A DNA stretch of 64,000 nucleotides from an uncultured Methanomassiliicoccales archaeon (GTDB lineage: Archaea; Thermoplasmatota; Thermoplasmata; Methanomassiliicoccales; UBA472), in assembly GCA_963695345.1 (NCBI GenBank), contig OY968769.1:1600001-1664000 (forward strand), written 5' to 3'. Position numbers and translations under genes: made by a program. Positions within the stretch are counted from its first letter, which is position 1. Every line of letters begins with the position of its first letter. A model generated the notes under the pieces. That model was not told the DNA's origin. It was given only the letters and a program-made list of their open reading frames with translations, and did not search any database. Positions 39,961 to 51,373 of the stretch are shown here, piece after piece.

Positions 39961-41955
39961 ATGCAAAAGGACAGAGGAAGGCCAGATCCAGACGAACTGC
40001 TCAGGCAGGTGGAGGCGGAAGAGCAGAAAAGGTCGAGGGGCAAGATGAAGGTCTTTCTTGGTTACTCCGCCGGTGTGGGAAAGACGTATACGATGCTAGA
40101 GGAGGCTCGGCATCAGAAGGAGGCGGGCATCGATGTGGTTGTCGCATGTGTCGAATCCCACGGAAGGAAAGAGACCGAGGAACTGCTTGTCGGTCTTGAT
40201 TCCGTACCCTTGAGGGAGATCAAATACCACGGCATCCAGATCCGGGAATTCGATCTGGACGCCGTGCTGGCCCGTCATCCTCAGCTCGTGCTTGTTGATG
40301 AGCTGGCCCACACCAACGCCCCTGGTTCCAGGCATGCAAAGCGTCATCAGGACGTGCAGGAACTTCTTGATGCCGGAATAGACGTCTTCACAACGCTGAA
40401 CATTCAGCACCTGGAAAGCCTGAATGATGCAGTGGAAAGGATATCCGGTATACTGGTCAAGGAGACGATCCCTGACTCGGTACTTGACGAGGCCAACGAG
40501 ATCAAGATCGTGGACCTTCCCCCAAAGGAATTGATCCAGCGGTTCAAGGAGGGAAAGGTCTACGTGCCCGAACAGGTGGCCGTGGCTCTTGACAATTTCT
40601 TCAATGAAGGAAACCTGATCGCGCTACGGGAGATGACCCTGCGACGCGCGGCAGAGCATGTCGACGAAGAGATGCTGGCCTATATGCAGACCCGTTCGAT
40701 CCCCGGTCCCTGGCCGGTGGGGGAGAGGCTGTTGGTCTGCATCGGCAACAACAAGACCCTCAATGACCGCGTGGTACGCACCGGAAAACGGTTGGCCGAC
40801 GAGCTCAGGGCGGATTGGATCGCCATTTACGTGGAAACCCCGGCGCATAACCGTTTGTCCAGGAAGGCCAGGCACGAGGCGCTGAGAGGAATGGAGCTCG
40901 CCGCGTCCCTGGGGGCCAAGACGGTTACCAACTTCGGCATCTCGATATCCGATGAGGTCGTTAGATATGCACGGAAGAACAACGTCACGAGGATAATCGT
41001 AGGGCATCCAGTCCGTGCCCGCTGGAGGGAGCAGCTCTTTGGTTCGGTCGCTGACCAGATAGTCAGGATGAGCGGCGCGATCGACCTTCTGGTGATAGGC
41101 GAACTGAAACCATATTCGGGCGATCATGATGAGGACAGGGGTCCGCGGAAACCGATTCAGATACGCAAGCCCTACCTGTATAGCGTTTGGCTTGTTCTCC
41201 TGGTCTCCATTTTTTGTACCCTCATCAGGACATTCATCTCCCCCACGAACGTGGTCATGTTCTTCCTTATCGGTGTGGTGATAGCGGCCATTACCTGGGG
41301 CTTGAAGCCTGCAATATTCACCGCTGCCATGAGCGTGTTGGCTTTCGATTTCTTCTTCGTCCCCCCCGCTTTGACACTTCGGGTGACAGATTCCGAGTAT
41401 CTGATCACTTTCGGAGCGTTCCTTTTCGTCGGAGTGGTCATCAGCTTCCTGGTGGTTCGTGCCAGGGATTTCGCCATGGCCGCCAAGAGAAGGGAGGAGT
41501 ATACGTCGACCTTGTACGCCTTAAGTCTGGACCTGTCCTCCTCAAGGGAGGTAAGTGACATAATGGAGGTGGTCGCATCCCACGTGTCCAGAGCCTGTCA
41601 TTGCAAGTCCGCTTTCCTGGTCCCAAGCAACGGAATACTCAGCATCGCCTATGTCAGCGAAGGTCTGAACCTGGACGAGAAGGACCTGACTGCGGCCGAA
41701 TGGACCTTCAAGGCTGGGATGCCCGCCGGTAAGGACACTGACACCTTGTCCTCAGCTCTTCTAAGGTACTATCCCCTAAGGACCGTCAACGGTGTCATCG
41801 GTGTGATGGGCGTACTGTCCGATTCTCACGAAGACTTTGTGAAGATGGAACAGGAGAGGCTGCTGCAATCATTCGCCAGTCAGGCAGCGATCGCTCTGGA
41901 GAGGGGGCAGCTCTGGGACCAGGTCTGCAAAGCAAAAAAGGCCGATGAGAGGTGA
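39961..41955 (+). CDS. kdpD: KdpD sensor (KdpD-Usp-4TM-GAF) lacking the histidine kinase domain
   Basis: GVGKTYTML, DELAHTN and ALRE motifs, Usp region, TM bundle and GAF; ends at 664 aa with no HisKA/HATPase. Confidence 0.88.
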   Translation: MQKDRGRPDPDELLRQVEAEEQKRSRGKMKVFLGYSAGVGKTYTMLEEARHQKEAGIDVVVACVESHGRKETEELLVGLDSVPLREIKYHGIQIREFDLDAVLARHPQLVLVDELAHTNAPGSRHAKRHQDVQELLDAGIDVFTTLNIQHLESLNDAVERISGILVKETIPDSVLDEANEIKIVDLPPKELIQRFKEGKVYVPEQVAVALDNFFNEGNLIALREMTLRRAAEHVDEEMLAYMQTRSIPGPWPVGERLLVCIGNNKTLNDRVVRTGKRLADELRADWIAIYVETPAHNRLSRKARHEALRGMELAASLGAKTVTNFGISISDEVVRYARKNNVTRIIVGHPVRARWREQLFGSVADQIVRMSGAIDLLVIGELKPYSGDHDEDRGPRKPIQIRKPYLYSVWLVLLVSIFCTLIRTFISPTNVVMFFLIGVVIAAITWGLKPAIFTAAMSVLAFDFFFVPPALTLRVTDSEYLITFGAFLFVGVVISFLVVRARDFAMAAKRREEYTSTLYALSLDLSSSREVSDIMEVVASHVSRACHCKSAFLVPSNGILSIAYVSEGLNLDEKDLTAAEWTFKAGMPAGKDTDTLSSALLRYYPLRTVNGVIGVMGVLSDSHEDFVKMEQERLLQSFASQAAIALERGQLWDQVCKAKKADER

Positions 41956-42001
41956 AATCGATCACCAAGGTCCAAGGCCTGAGCGGTCGCCGATGCTCGT
42001 T

Positions 42002-42361
42002 TCAGAACGGCGACTTGATCCCGCAGACGTTATGCTTGAGGATGCCGATCGCTTGCTCGGCAAGCTTCGTTGGCAGCCTGATGGAGTCCATCGTTTCTCC
42101 CGCGTCCTTGATCCTGAGCCGGATTATCGATCTCAAGAATCCCTTTTCCATGCCCACCCCTGTTATGTCTGGATAACTGTAGACGGTGATATCGGTCTGG
42201 GATGCCTGTGGATTATGGCGTCGTAGGATGACCTTCTCGCTCGTTAACGCCACTGTATCAATCGTGATATCTGGATAGTTGTCTCCATTGACATATAGTT
42301 CGATCCTTTCCTCAAGCCCAATCAGTTTCTGCATATCGCTCGGCACATCCATCGTGATCAA
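42002..42361 (-). CDS. Prokaryotic PH-domain-like protein
   Basis: VALTSEKVIL...YPDITGVGMEKGFL pattern. Confidence 0.6.
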   Translation of the reverse strand: MITMDVPSDMQKLIGLEERIELYVNGDNYPDITIDTVALTSEKVILRRHNPQASQTDITVYSYPDITGVGMEKGFLRSIIRLRIKDAGETMDSIRLPTKLAEQAIGILKHNVCGIKSPF

Positions 42362-42709
42362 CTACCCAGATGTTCTATCGGATGCCACTCTACTGGCATC
42401 CAAGATTATAGTAGTTATGCAAGGGTGGAGGCTTGGAAACAGTTGACCTATCTGTTTTCTCCCCTTTCCTTTCATTGAACATCCGAGCCGATTCAGGTTG
42501 AAGCTGTGCTGCCCCTGACCGGATTGGCGATTCATCAGAGATAATCTGATACTATCAAAGACTGTAAGTCAAGAAGGACTTCAGTTCCGATCCAAAGTAA
42601 CCAATAATGAACGGTCTGGAGTGAATGGATGACAGGACTCTTGACCCATTCTATCGGTTCCATTGGACCATGGTCATGAATAAATACTCATTGATTAATA
42701 GAATAACTG

Positions 42710-43639
42710 ATGGACAAGCTCGATCGCCAAATGCTTGTGGTTTTAGGCGGCAATCCAAGAGCCACGTACAAGCAATTAGCGGAGCAACTACACATGTCGA
42801 TCCCGGCGCTACAGAGGCGCCTTATGATAATGGAGTCATCGAAACGCATCATGGGCTATCGGGCCCTTGTCAGTCTCGAAGCGATGAAAGGGATCCGTAT
42901 GATGGCGTATGGTCAAATGGCGGGGAAAGTGGATCATGATATGCTTTCCATGATAGAGGGCCAGGGGTCGATTCATACCGCTTCGATGGGGAGCATGAAC
43001 AGTATCTACCTGATGGCCCATCTGCACCAAATACTGGAACTGGACGATGTCATTCGAGTCGCCCAGGACGTCTGTAGGATAATGAATCCCCAGATAATCA
43101 TCTTCGGATGCGGGTCCGTCATATCGTCATGTCCTCCGATGATCGATGACCGGAAGAGGGGCGAAGTATCAAGCCTGTCCAGGGTGGACCTACGGATAAT
43201 CCAATCCCTTCATTATGATGCCAGAAAACCAATATCGGCCATCTCCAAAGAACTTGAACTGTCCCCGAAAACTGTCAGAAAACATCTGAACAGAATGATA
43301 TCTGACAAGTTGATCGAATTTCGCACCCTGTCGTCCATCGAGGGATTGGGGGCGCTCGATTTCTACATCGTGACAAAAATCAAGACCGCAGAATCCAGGC
43401 CTGCGATATTGAAGAAGATACGGGACGACCATCGATCCTATGTTACCTCAGAGATCGTTGTAAGCAATGCCCGAGATCTCTTGTTCCATGAGATGGAGAC
43501 ACAGTCAGTGAATGAGATGAGCAAGATCGTGGCGGATATTCAGGCTTTGCCGGATGTCGAATCGGTATCCTCGGACCTCATCCAGAAGGTCTACTATTTT
43601 GACATATGGAGAGATCATATGCTGGAGAATCTCAAATAG
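42710..43639 (+). CDS. Tandem-HTH Lrp/AsnC-type regulator
   Basis: MDKLDRQML..NPRATYKQLA and VDLRIIQSLHYDARKP HTH repeats. Confidence 0.82.
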   Translation: MDKLDRQMLVVLGGNPRATYKQLAEQLHMSIPALQRRLMIMESSKRIMGYRALVSLEAMKGIRMMAYGQMAGKVDHDMLSMIEGQGSIHTASMGSMNSIYLMAHLHQILELDDVIRVAQDVCRIMNPQIIIFGCGSVISSCPPMIDDRKRGEVSSLSRVDLRIIQSLHYDARKPISAISKELELSPKTVRKHLNRMISDKLIEFRTLSSIEGLGALDFYIVTKIKTAESRPAILKKIRDDHRSYVTSEIVVSNARDLLFHEMETQSVNEMSKIVADIQALPDVESVSSDLIQKVYYFDIWRDHMLENLK

Positions 43640-44256
43640 AAAAGACAATGAAAATCGAAATTGAGGCGAAATGTCATCAATGCCTTGGTGATTGCCGCTT
43701 TCCAAAGATCCGACTAAGGTTTTTGGTCTTGGACCCTGTGGAGATGTCGTTCAATCCTATGGCTTCATGCGATGATTTCGATCTCTCGATTTCCCGCTGA
43801 ATCTCGAATTCTCTCTCCAGATAACCAACATCCGCCTTCCACTCGGAAGAACAATAGCCACGTAATTCGCTCCAACCCCTTGTTCCTGCCATTCTTACCC
43901 CCTCTGAATGTTGCACGATTCCCGACGTTTATGTAAGTCGGAATCCGGGCAGGTTGTAGAAACGAATCAGCATCCGTGGTCACTCCTTGATCCCGTGATT
44001 CCGGAGTCCTCCTCATACCATGTTAGTATTTCTTGAGACTTGAGGGTATGTTAGGCTTCTGGCAGAAAAACGGGTCATTTGCAGGCCAGATTTTCCCAAT
44101 TATATAATAAACAACAAGCAATTGATGCAATCAGAACCTACCCAGTAGTTGTCGATGAACGAGGCGATTCGGACCCATGTCCGATCAGTCCTCTATGTCA
44201 GGAACCACGCATTGGACCGGATCAAATTGGACCGAAAGAATCAGAAGAGAAGTAAA

Positions 44257-44332
44257 TGGTGGGTCTGTCCGGATTTGAACCGGAGTCACTAGCACCCCAA
44301 GCTAGAAGGATTCCAAGCTACCCCACAGACCC
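44257..44332 (-). tRNA. tRNA-Pro(GGG), CCA encoded
   Basis: GGGTCTG acceptor stem, CTAGC-TT-GGG-GT-GCTAG anticodon arm, GGTTCAAATCC T-arm, ends ACCA. Confidence 0.95.
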
Positions 44333-44359
44333 AGTGATAAAGGGGTTGATTTAAGGGGT

Positions 44360-44560
44360 TTAGCCAAGCGGAATGATCTCTTCGACCAGGTCCGAATGGG
44401 CTATTATCATACGGCGGCAGCAGTAGCGCTTTAATCCGAGATCGTCGAGGACCTCTTTCGGGTCCTCCCCTAGCTGGACCCGTTTGATGTAGGTCTGGTA
44501 GGAACTCGCGATGACTTTCCCGCATGTGAAGCATCTTACTGGTATTATCATTCCGCTCAC
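44360..44560 (-). CDS. rpoN: RNA polymerase subunit Rpo10/N
   Basis: [12 protein letters not shown]...RYCCRRM. Confidence 0.96.
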   Translation of the reverse strand: MSGMIIPVRCFTCGKVIASSYQTYIKRVQLGEDPKEVLDDLGLKRYCCRRMIIAHSDLVEEIIPLG

Positions 44561-44958
44561 CTGTACGATTTCTGTCTCTTCTTCCTGGCGCCACGTCCGA
44601 GCGGCTTCTTCGGCAGTTTACGCCTGATGTCGCTGATGAGCAGCGAACGGTCGTACTGCTTGAACGCCTTCTCGAGTGTCTCATCCTTAAAGAACTCGAC
44701 TATAGCTTTAGCGATTGCGGTCCTCGTCGCCTCCGCCTGTCCCATGACGCCGCCACCCTGTACGCTTACAGCGATGTCGACCTTTGCGAACAGTTCCGGG
44801 GCCAGGGTGACCGGTTCCATGATCTTGAGCTTGGCCAGTTCCGGGACGTATGCTTCGATCGGGACGCTGTTGACGCGGATCTTGCCCGATCCCTCGCTGA
44901 CGACCGCCCGTGCGACCGCCGTCTTCCTCTTTCCACTGGTGTTAATAACCTCAGCCAT
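44557..44958 (-). CDS. rps9: 30S ribosomal protein S9
   Basis: [17 protein letters not shown] and QKSYR motifs. Confidence 0.97.
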   Translation of the reverse strand: MAEVINTSGKRKTAVARAVVSEGSGKIRVNSVPIEAYVPELAKLKIMEPVTLAPELFAKVDIAVSVQGGGVMGQAEATRTAIAKAIVEFFKDETLEKAFKQYDRSLLISDIRRKLPKKPLGRGARKKRQKSYR

Positions 44959-44962
44959 AGTA

Positions 44963-45379
44963 TCACTTCACCTTCGAACCCATGTGACCGGCGATCTCGC
45001 TTATCGTAACGAACCTGTTGGAGGTTAGGCGCAATGCGGCCTCGACCTTCTCGGCCTTGATGTCTGCGAACTCCTTCGGTACGCCCACATAGCACTTCAA
45101 CCGGTGGTAGGCATCCCTTCCACAGGTGTGGTCATACGGAAGCATGCCCCTTACGGTGCGCTTCAGGATGAGGTCGGCGCGGCGGGGGAAGAACGGTCCA
45201 CTGCGGACGTCTCCCCTATACCTCTTGACCTCGTAATGTTCAAGGACTGTCCAGGGGTCTCCGCTGACGATGGCCAGTTCTGCGTTGACGATGACCACGG
45301 TCTCGCCTTGGAGGAGCTTCTTGGCCACTGCGGTGGCGAGTCTTCCGGCGACGTGTCCAGTTGCATCGATTACGATCAT
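44963..45379 (-). CDS. rpl13: 50S ribosomal protein L13
   Basis: IDATGHVAGRLA and RTVRGMLP motifs. Confidence 0.96.
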   Translation of the reverse strand: MIVIDATGHVAGRLATAVAKKLLQGETVVIVNAELAIVSGDPWTVLEHYEVKRYRGDVRSGPFFPRRADLILKRTVRGMLPYDHTCGRDAYHRLKCYVGVPKEFADIKAEKVEAALRLTSNRFVTISEIAGHMGSKVK

Positions 45380-45384
45380 CTAGT

Positions 45385-45747
45385 TCACCTCATTATCCTT
45401 ATTCCGGCGCCATCCGGGTGGTCCTTTACCATCTCGGGGATGGTCAAGTGCTTCCCGCCGGCCTCCGCGATCTTCTTCTTCGCGGACTCGGAGAAATCGT
45501 ACGCTGCAACGGTGAGCTTCTTGCTCAGGCTGCCAGATCCCAATACCTTGCCCGGTACGACGATGACGTCGTTCTCGGAGGCATTTCGCTCAAGCTTGCT
45601 CAGATTGACCTCGGCCCAATTCTGTTTGGACTTTTCCAGTCTCAGAGCAATGTCTCGCCAGATCTCCGCACCATTGGTCCTCGTCTCGGTCTTAAGCGAG
45701 TCGATCAGCACCAAAAGGTTCGGATCAGTCTTTTTGTTAAATGTCAT
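45385..45747 (-). CDS. rpl18e: 50S ribosomal protein L18e
   Basis: [17 protein letters not shown] and FSESA motifs. Confidence 0.95.
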   Translation of the reverse strand: MTFNKKTDPNLLVLIDSLKTETRTNGAEIWRDIALRLEKSKQNWAEVNLSKLERNASENDVIVVPGKVLGSGSLSKKLTVAAYDFSESAKKKIAEAGGKHLTIPEMVKDHPDGAGIRIMR

Positions 45748-45877
45748 TTTCTGACTCTCCCGACATTGGTAAGGGGCACATAATAAGAAGGATTTTAAAT
45801 AGTTTTGCCAGAGGGATCTAGGCAGGCGGTACCTACCATCGGCACTGCCAGACAGCTAAATCGCGTTCGGTCGGGCA

Positions 45878-48800
45878 CTAACGGGAGCGGTAACGATCGA
45901 CCAGCGCTTCGATCTTGCGCAGTTCCCGGTTCCTGTCCTCCACCCAGTCCCTCGACCAGATGCGGTGCATGTTCCAGCCGAGACCCTGGAGGACGTCTTC
46001 CCGAAGCCGCTCCCGGTCCCGGGCGGTGCGCCCGGAGGCATAGTTGAGACCGTCACATTCGATCCCCAGTATATGCTTTTGGTTCTTCTCCGGGTCCATC
46101 ACCGCCATGTCTAGGCGGTATCCGGAACATCCCACGCTGCGATGCAGGGTCAGCCCCATATTGCTGAGGGTGTTGAAGATCGAGTCCTCCAGCGGTTTGT
46201 CTCCCTCATCCTCGTGGCGACTGTCGCATCCTAGCGCGCTCCTATCTCCGCGGCCCCGGGCGAACTCCATGTATCGGCGCAGGAGCAGGACTCCTTTGGA
46301 GGACGAATTGGGATCGATGTCCTCCGGCTGCATCGACGACACAAGCTTCACCTGCCGCCTGGCCCGGGTGATGGCCACGTTAAGTCTGCGGTGCCCTCCT
46401 TCCATGTTCAATGGACCGAAGTTCATGACCAGCTTCCCGTCCAGGTCCTTCCCGTATCCTACGCTGAAGAACATGACATCCCTCTCGTCCCCCTGCACGT
46501 TCTCCAGGTTCTTGACGAAGAACGATTCCTCCTGGCCCTCGTCGAAGTACTGCTGGAAGTCGGGCTTCAGCTTTTTCATGTACTCGATAACATCGAGGAT
46601 GGCGAGTTGCTGCTCCTCGCTGAAGGCGACCACTCCCAGGGACATCTCGGGGTGCGCCTTGAACTGCTCGAACACCAGGTCGGCCACCTTCTTGGCCTCC
46701 ATCTTGTTGTCCCGTTTGCCCCCCCGGTCATAGACGCCCTCGGGCACATGCACGAACTCGATGCCGCTGGTAGGGCCAGGCAGGTCTGCCGATGGGAACG
46801 TATACAGACGGTTTTCATAGTAGTATGCGTTGGAAAAGGCGATCAGCGATTCGTTCCGCGAGCGATAGTGCCACAGCAGCATCTTCTGCGGCATGCCGAT
46901 GGTCGCGCATTCATCAAGTATGCTCTCCAGGTCCTGGATCTCGGTTTCCTCGTCCCCTTCTATCTTCTCGAAGAACCGGGTGGGTGGCAACTGCTTGCTG
47001 TCACCGACGACCACAAGCTGCCTCCCCCGCATGACACTCCCGATGGCGTCCTCGGGGCAGATCTGCGACGCCTCGTCGAAGATGACGACATCGAATCGAA
47101 TCTTCCGGGGGTCAATGAACTGACAGGCGGAAAGGGGTGACATCATGACGCAGGGCTTGATCAGCGGCAGGAGATCTGGCATGTCGGACAGCAGCTTCCG
47201 AATGGCCATCTGCTTCGATTTCTTGGCCATCTCCTTACGCAGCATGGTCTCCTGCATCCTAACCGGGCTAGCCGGGTCGGCGGTTCGCATCTTATCCACA
47301 CGCTGCCTCAGCTCGAACGACAATCTCCTGCGCGCCAGGATCAGCTGCGTCTGGTCCAGCTTACGGAACTCCTGGATGAGCGCGGTGTGCTCGGCGCTGT
47401 TGAACCCGGCCAGCAAGGGAACGTGCCGACGGGACGAGTCGATCCACAGGGTGAAGAAGCGTTTGCGGAACATCTTCACCAGCTTTGAGGCATCCGAAGG
47501 ATCCCTCATCACCAGGTCCAGTAGGGAATCGAGTCCGCTGGCCCTCACCTGTTCCTCCGCATCCCTGAGCTCCACCCACTCCCTGAGCCGTTCCCTGGCG
47601 CTCAGGTGCGCCATGACGAAGTCCCGGGCATCGGTCAACGGTGCGGACTCCAGTGGAGTCTCCCCCAATATGAACTTGCCTCCGCGAAGGTACTGGCCGG
47701 GAACTTGGGAGGCAGACTTCAGGGCCTCGAGGGAGGTCCTTGCCTTGTCCGTGATGACCTTAAGGCTCCCAATTCCTTCCCGGTCCTCACAGGCCAGTCC
47801 TGATCAGTTCGCCGTTAAGGTCGGCCCCGGCCCTCTGCATCAGCTCCTTGCTCCACTGGAGAGCGGCCATGAGGGCGTCCCAATCCGTTCCGGGTCCGTC
47901 GAAGTACTTCCCGAACGTCCTGTAATCCTCGGTATAGGATGAGTTGAGCGATCTGCGCGCATCCTGGAACACCTTGAGCGCCCTGACATCGTTCAATGCC
48001 TCCTCATATTCCAGCCGGTGCTGGCTGAGAAGGTGCATCGAGAGCACCTTGACGTCGGTGCGATAGTCGGTGTTCATCATCCTCAATGAATTGTTGTAAT
48101 CGACCTCGAACTTCCGGCTGAAATGCTCCCCGTCCAGTTCCAGGAACTTCTGGTCATACTTGCCCAGGAGGTGCTTTCGGCTGGAATCCAATGATCGGAA
48201 GGTGGCCCTCTCTGTCTCCACCCGCTTGATCAGGTCTCCGATGAGACGCGGCTCCATCCAATTCTTTAGCGGGAACGGGGTGGTCGTGACATAGGAGGCC
48301 AGGTCGACGATTCGCTTGCCGTCGTTCAAAGACTTCGGAGCGCCGACGTGGGCTTTCTCGGCCAATAGTGCGAACTTCGGCAGGGCGTCATCGATGGCGC
48401 TGACCAGCACCTCCAGCGAATGAAGGAACTCCTGCTGCCTTCCCATGTCCATGGCCACCGGTTCGACATCGTGCCAAGGGTGCGATCCCCGTACCGAGAG
48501 AACGTCCCTCCTTCCGGCCAATCGTTCCAGGCTCGACTCCATCATGTCGATATCTTTACGGTCCAGCTCAAAGGGGTCGGCCATCTTGAAGGGCAGGTCC
48601 GGCACGTCGTGCAGCTCGGCCAGACGGCCATAGGCGTCGAAGAGGGAAAGCCCTATCGCCCCCATCTTCATGTGCAGGAAATGCACGTAGGCGTTCAGCC
48701 GGTCCCTCACCGACGCCACCCTCTCGAGGTCCGTCAGGTCCGGCTCCTTCGCCCTCTCGTTACCGTCCAGCGGCCTTCCCAGGGAAACGATCACATCGCT

Positions 48801-49904
48801 CTTGTTGGGCGTGTTGCTGTGCAGTTCCAGGCAGAAGTCGCCAAGACGGCAGGTGTCAAGGCGCTTCTTGACCACCTCCAACGCGGCCATCTTCTCGCTG
48901 ACGAACAGGACGGTCTTGCCCGCCCACATGCTCTCCGCGATCAAATTGGCGATCGTCTGGCTCTTTCCGGTTCCGGGAGGTCCCTGGAGCACCAGGTTCG
49001 TCCCTCGGCGGATGGCCTCGATGGCCTCGAATTGGCTGGAATCGGCGTCCAGCACCAGGTGGGAATCGATGGGCTTGACCAGCTCGTCCAGCCTCTCGGC
49101 GGTCGGCAGGTCCTTGGGCGTCTGCGGCAGAAGGCTGGGGTCTCCTGCCAAGGCCCGCACTATCGGGTGTGCGGCGGCCACGTCCTCATTGGTCTTCAGA
49201 TCCTCGTACATGGCCAGCTTTGTGAAGGAGAAAATGCCCAGGTATGATTCGCGGGCGACGCTCCACCCGGTCTTCTTGGCGATGGCCAGCTCGACCTGTT
49301 TCAGATAAGCCTCGATGTCGAACTCCTCCACATCGTCCGGCATCGCTGGAAGGTCGATGCCCTGGTCGGTCCTCATCTTGAGGACTAGGGATGGATTCAG
49401 GACAGCCTCGTCCCCGAAACGGGCCACCGTATACGGGTTGAAGGGTTTTTTGCCCAGCTGCACTGGTATCAATACGAGCGGGGAGGCGATCTCCCTGTCG
49501 TCGCCCTCCTTTTCCTTCCATCGAAGGATGCCGAAAGTGGCGTACAGCACGTTAACGCCCTGTTCCTGCATGAACGTCCTGGCCTTGAGGCGGGTCTGAT
49601 AGAGCACCTTTTCCGTGTTCGGGTTCAGGGTCGAGGGCATAACCTGTCCCGGCAGGACATGGAGCCGGTCCTTCAGCAGGCATTCCCTGGCCCCTTCTTC
49701 TGAGGCGTCCATCTCATCCCTGATCTCGGGACAGATGACCGCCATTGGTCTATTCTTCCTAGCGATGGAGTCGAAAAGGACATCCATGGAAGGTTCAATG
49801 AACTGAACGGTCGAGGATTTCGTGAGCTTGAAATTTAAAAGGCGGTTTCGAAGGCTCAGGTCAATGAGCCGTGAGCGCCAATGATCCATTTTCTTGGACA
49901 CCAT
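45878..49904 (-). CDS. DUF4011-SF1 helicase-Vsr-like nuclease (frameshift near 47797)
   Basis: LIDLSLRNRLLNF (DUF4011), QGPPGTGKSQTI, FDEASQ, GDSKQLPP, QGDERD, RRLNVAITRAR, IECDG and GWNMHRIWS. A 1-nt shift joins the two ORFs through LACEDREG...FILGETP. Confidence 0.88.
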
Positions 49905-50236
49905 CACGTTGCCGTTCTCCGTCAATGCTCCACCGTTGAGTGGCATGGAGCGGTACTGACATAAGGGATTCGGTCTGACATTGATGTCTTAGGAATTATC
50001 GCCGTGCTATTGACTGTCACGGATATATATGGCTGCCGGACTGGCGGTGTCAGGAAGAAATTCGACCCTGATAAATGACCTATTATTAACACATGATGTT
50101 TTCTAACCGAAGCATCTGACACAAAGCCATTTAAGCATCGAACTGAATCGAAAGGATAGGCACTCGTATTCCTTTCAGATTGAATAGTGATTAAATATGA
50201 AGTTAGTCATACGGTGATGCTTATCGAGGGAAGAAT

Positions 50237-51373
50237 TTGATACGGTTTGGTCCAGCTGGTATTCCGCTTTCATGTAAAGGAAGGACTCTCAAAGATGGCA
50301 TCGAGGATGTTCACAATCTCGGTCTCAATGCCATGGAAGTCCAGATGGTCAGGGTCAATGTCGTCGAAAGAAATCCTGACGACGAGGAGGTAGGCCTGAC
50401 GCCGCTGGACATCGCTAGCGATGTCGTGGTCGAGATCGTCCGGCACAAGGGCAAGAAGGACACGGTCATCGCCGATCTGAACGAAAAGATCAAGGCGGAC
50501 GATACGCTCATCACATTGGCCTCCGGCCTGGTCCAGAACTTCAAGGAGCTCATCACCCTCGGTCACATGGGCGCTGAACTGGATGTCCAGCTGTCCATGC
50601 ACACCCCCTATTATATGGACCTCACCAGCGACAACGAGCTCACCCAGAAGAGCATCGACAGCATCCGCTGGGCTGGAATGCTCACCAACCAGATGAAGGG
50701 GAACATGGTAATCTCCCACCTGGGCCTTTACGGCAACATGTCCAAGAAGGAGGCCGTGGAGACCATCACTGGGAACGTGACCGATATCATGGATTGGTGG
50801 GAGAAGAACGAGATCAAGCCGTTGCTCGGTTTCGAGACCTCCGGAAGGCAGGAGGTGTTCGGCTCCGTCGAGGAACTGATGGACCTATGCGACAAGGTGG
50901 ACGGGATCGTCCCGGTTATCAACTTCGCCCACGTCCATGCGAGACAGAACGGGACATTGAGAGAGCCGCAGGACTTCAGGGAACTGTTCGACAAGGTCAA
51001 GTCCCAGGTCAAGGGCCACTACTATACCCATTTCTCCGGTGTGGAGCATGAGTCAGGGAACGAAAAGAGGGTCACCCCGATCAAGAAGGGCGATCTCCGG
51101 TTCGAGCCCCTGGCCGAGTTCCTGGTGGAGGAGAACCCGGACTGTACCATCATATCCAGCTCACCGCTGCTCGAGCATGACGCCATGTACATGAAGGTCA
51201 TCTACGAGCGCATCCTGACCAAGAAGGTCTCCAAGGAGACCAAGGTCAAGAAGCCGGAAAAGGTCGACAAGGGCGAGAAGGCGGAAAAGGCCACCAAGCA
51301 CGTCAAGGATGTGAAGGGCCGCGCCCCCCGGGTCGAGACCAACGATGACGACCTGGAAGATGATTACGATTGA
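50237..51373 (+). CDS. Endonuclease IV-like TIM-barrel protein
   Basis: IRFGPAGIP, MHTPYY, ETSG, FAHVHAR and HFSG motifs; Lys-rich then acidic tail. Confidence 0.8.
   Translation: MIRFGPAGIPLSCKGRTLKDGIEDVHNLGLNAMEVQMVRVNVVERNPDDEEVGLTPLDIASDVVVEIVRHKGKKDTVIADLNEKIKADDTLITLASGLVQNFKELITLGHMGAELDVQLSMHTPYYMDLTSDNELTQKSIDSIRWAGMLTNQMKGNMVISHLGLYGNMSKKEAVETITGNVTDIMDWWEKNEIKPLLGFETSGRQEVFGSVEELMDLCDKVDGIVPVINFAHVHARQNGTLREPQDFRELFDKVKSQVKGHYYTHFSGVEHESGNEKRVTPIKKGDLRFEPLAEFLVEENPDCTIISSSPLLEHDAMYMKVIYERILTKKVSKETKVKKPEKVDKGEKAEKATKHVKDVKGRAPRVETNDDDLEDDYD

Noticed and set aside
43640-44332. Integrated element at the tRNA-Pro 3' end
   Set aside because: No integrase and no duplicated tRNA 3' end (att site) found by eye
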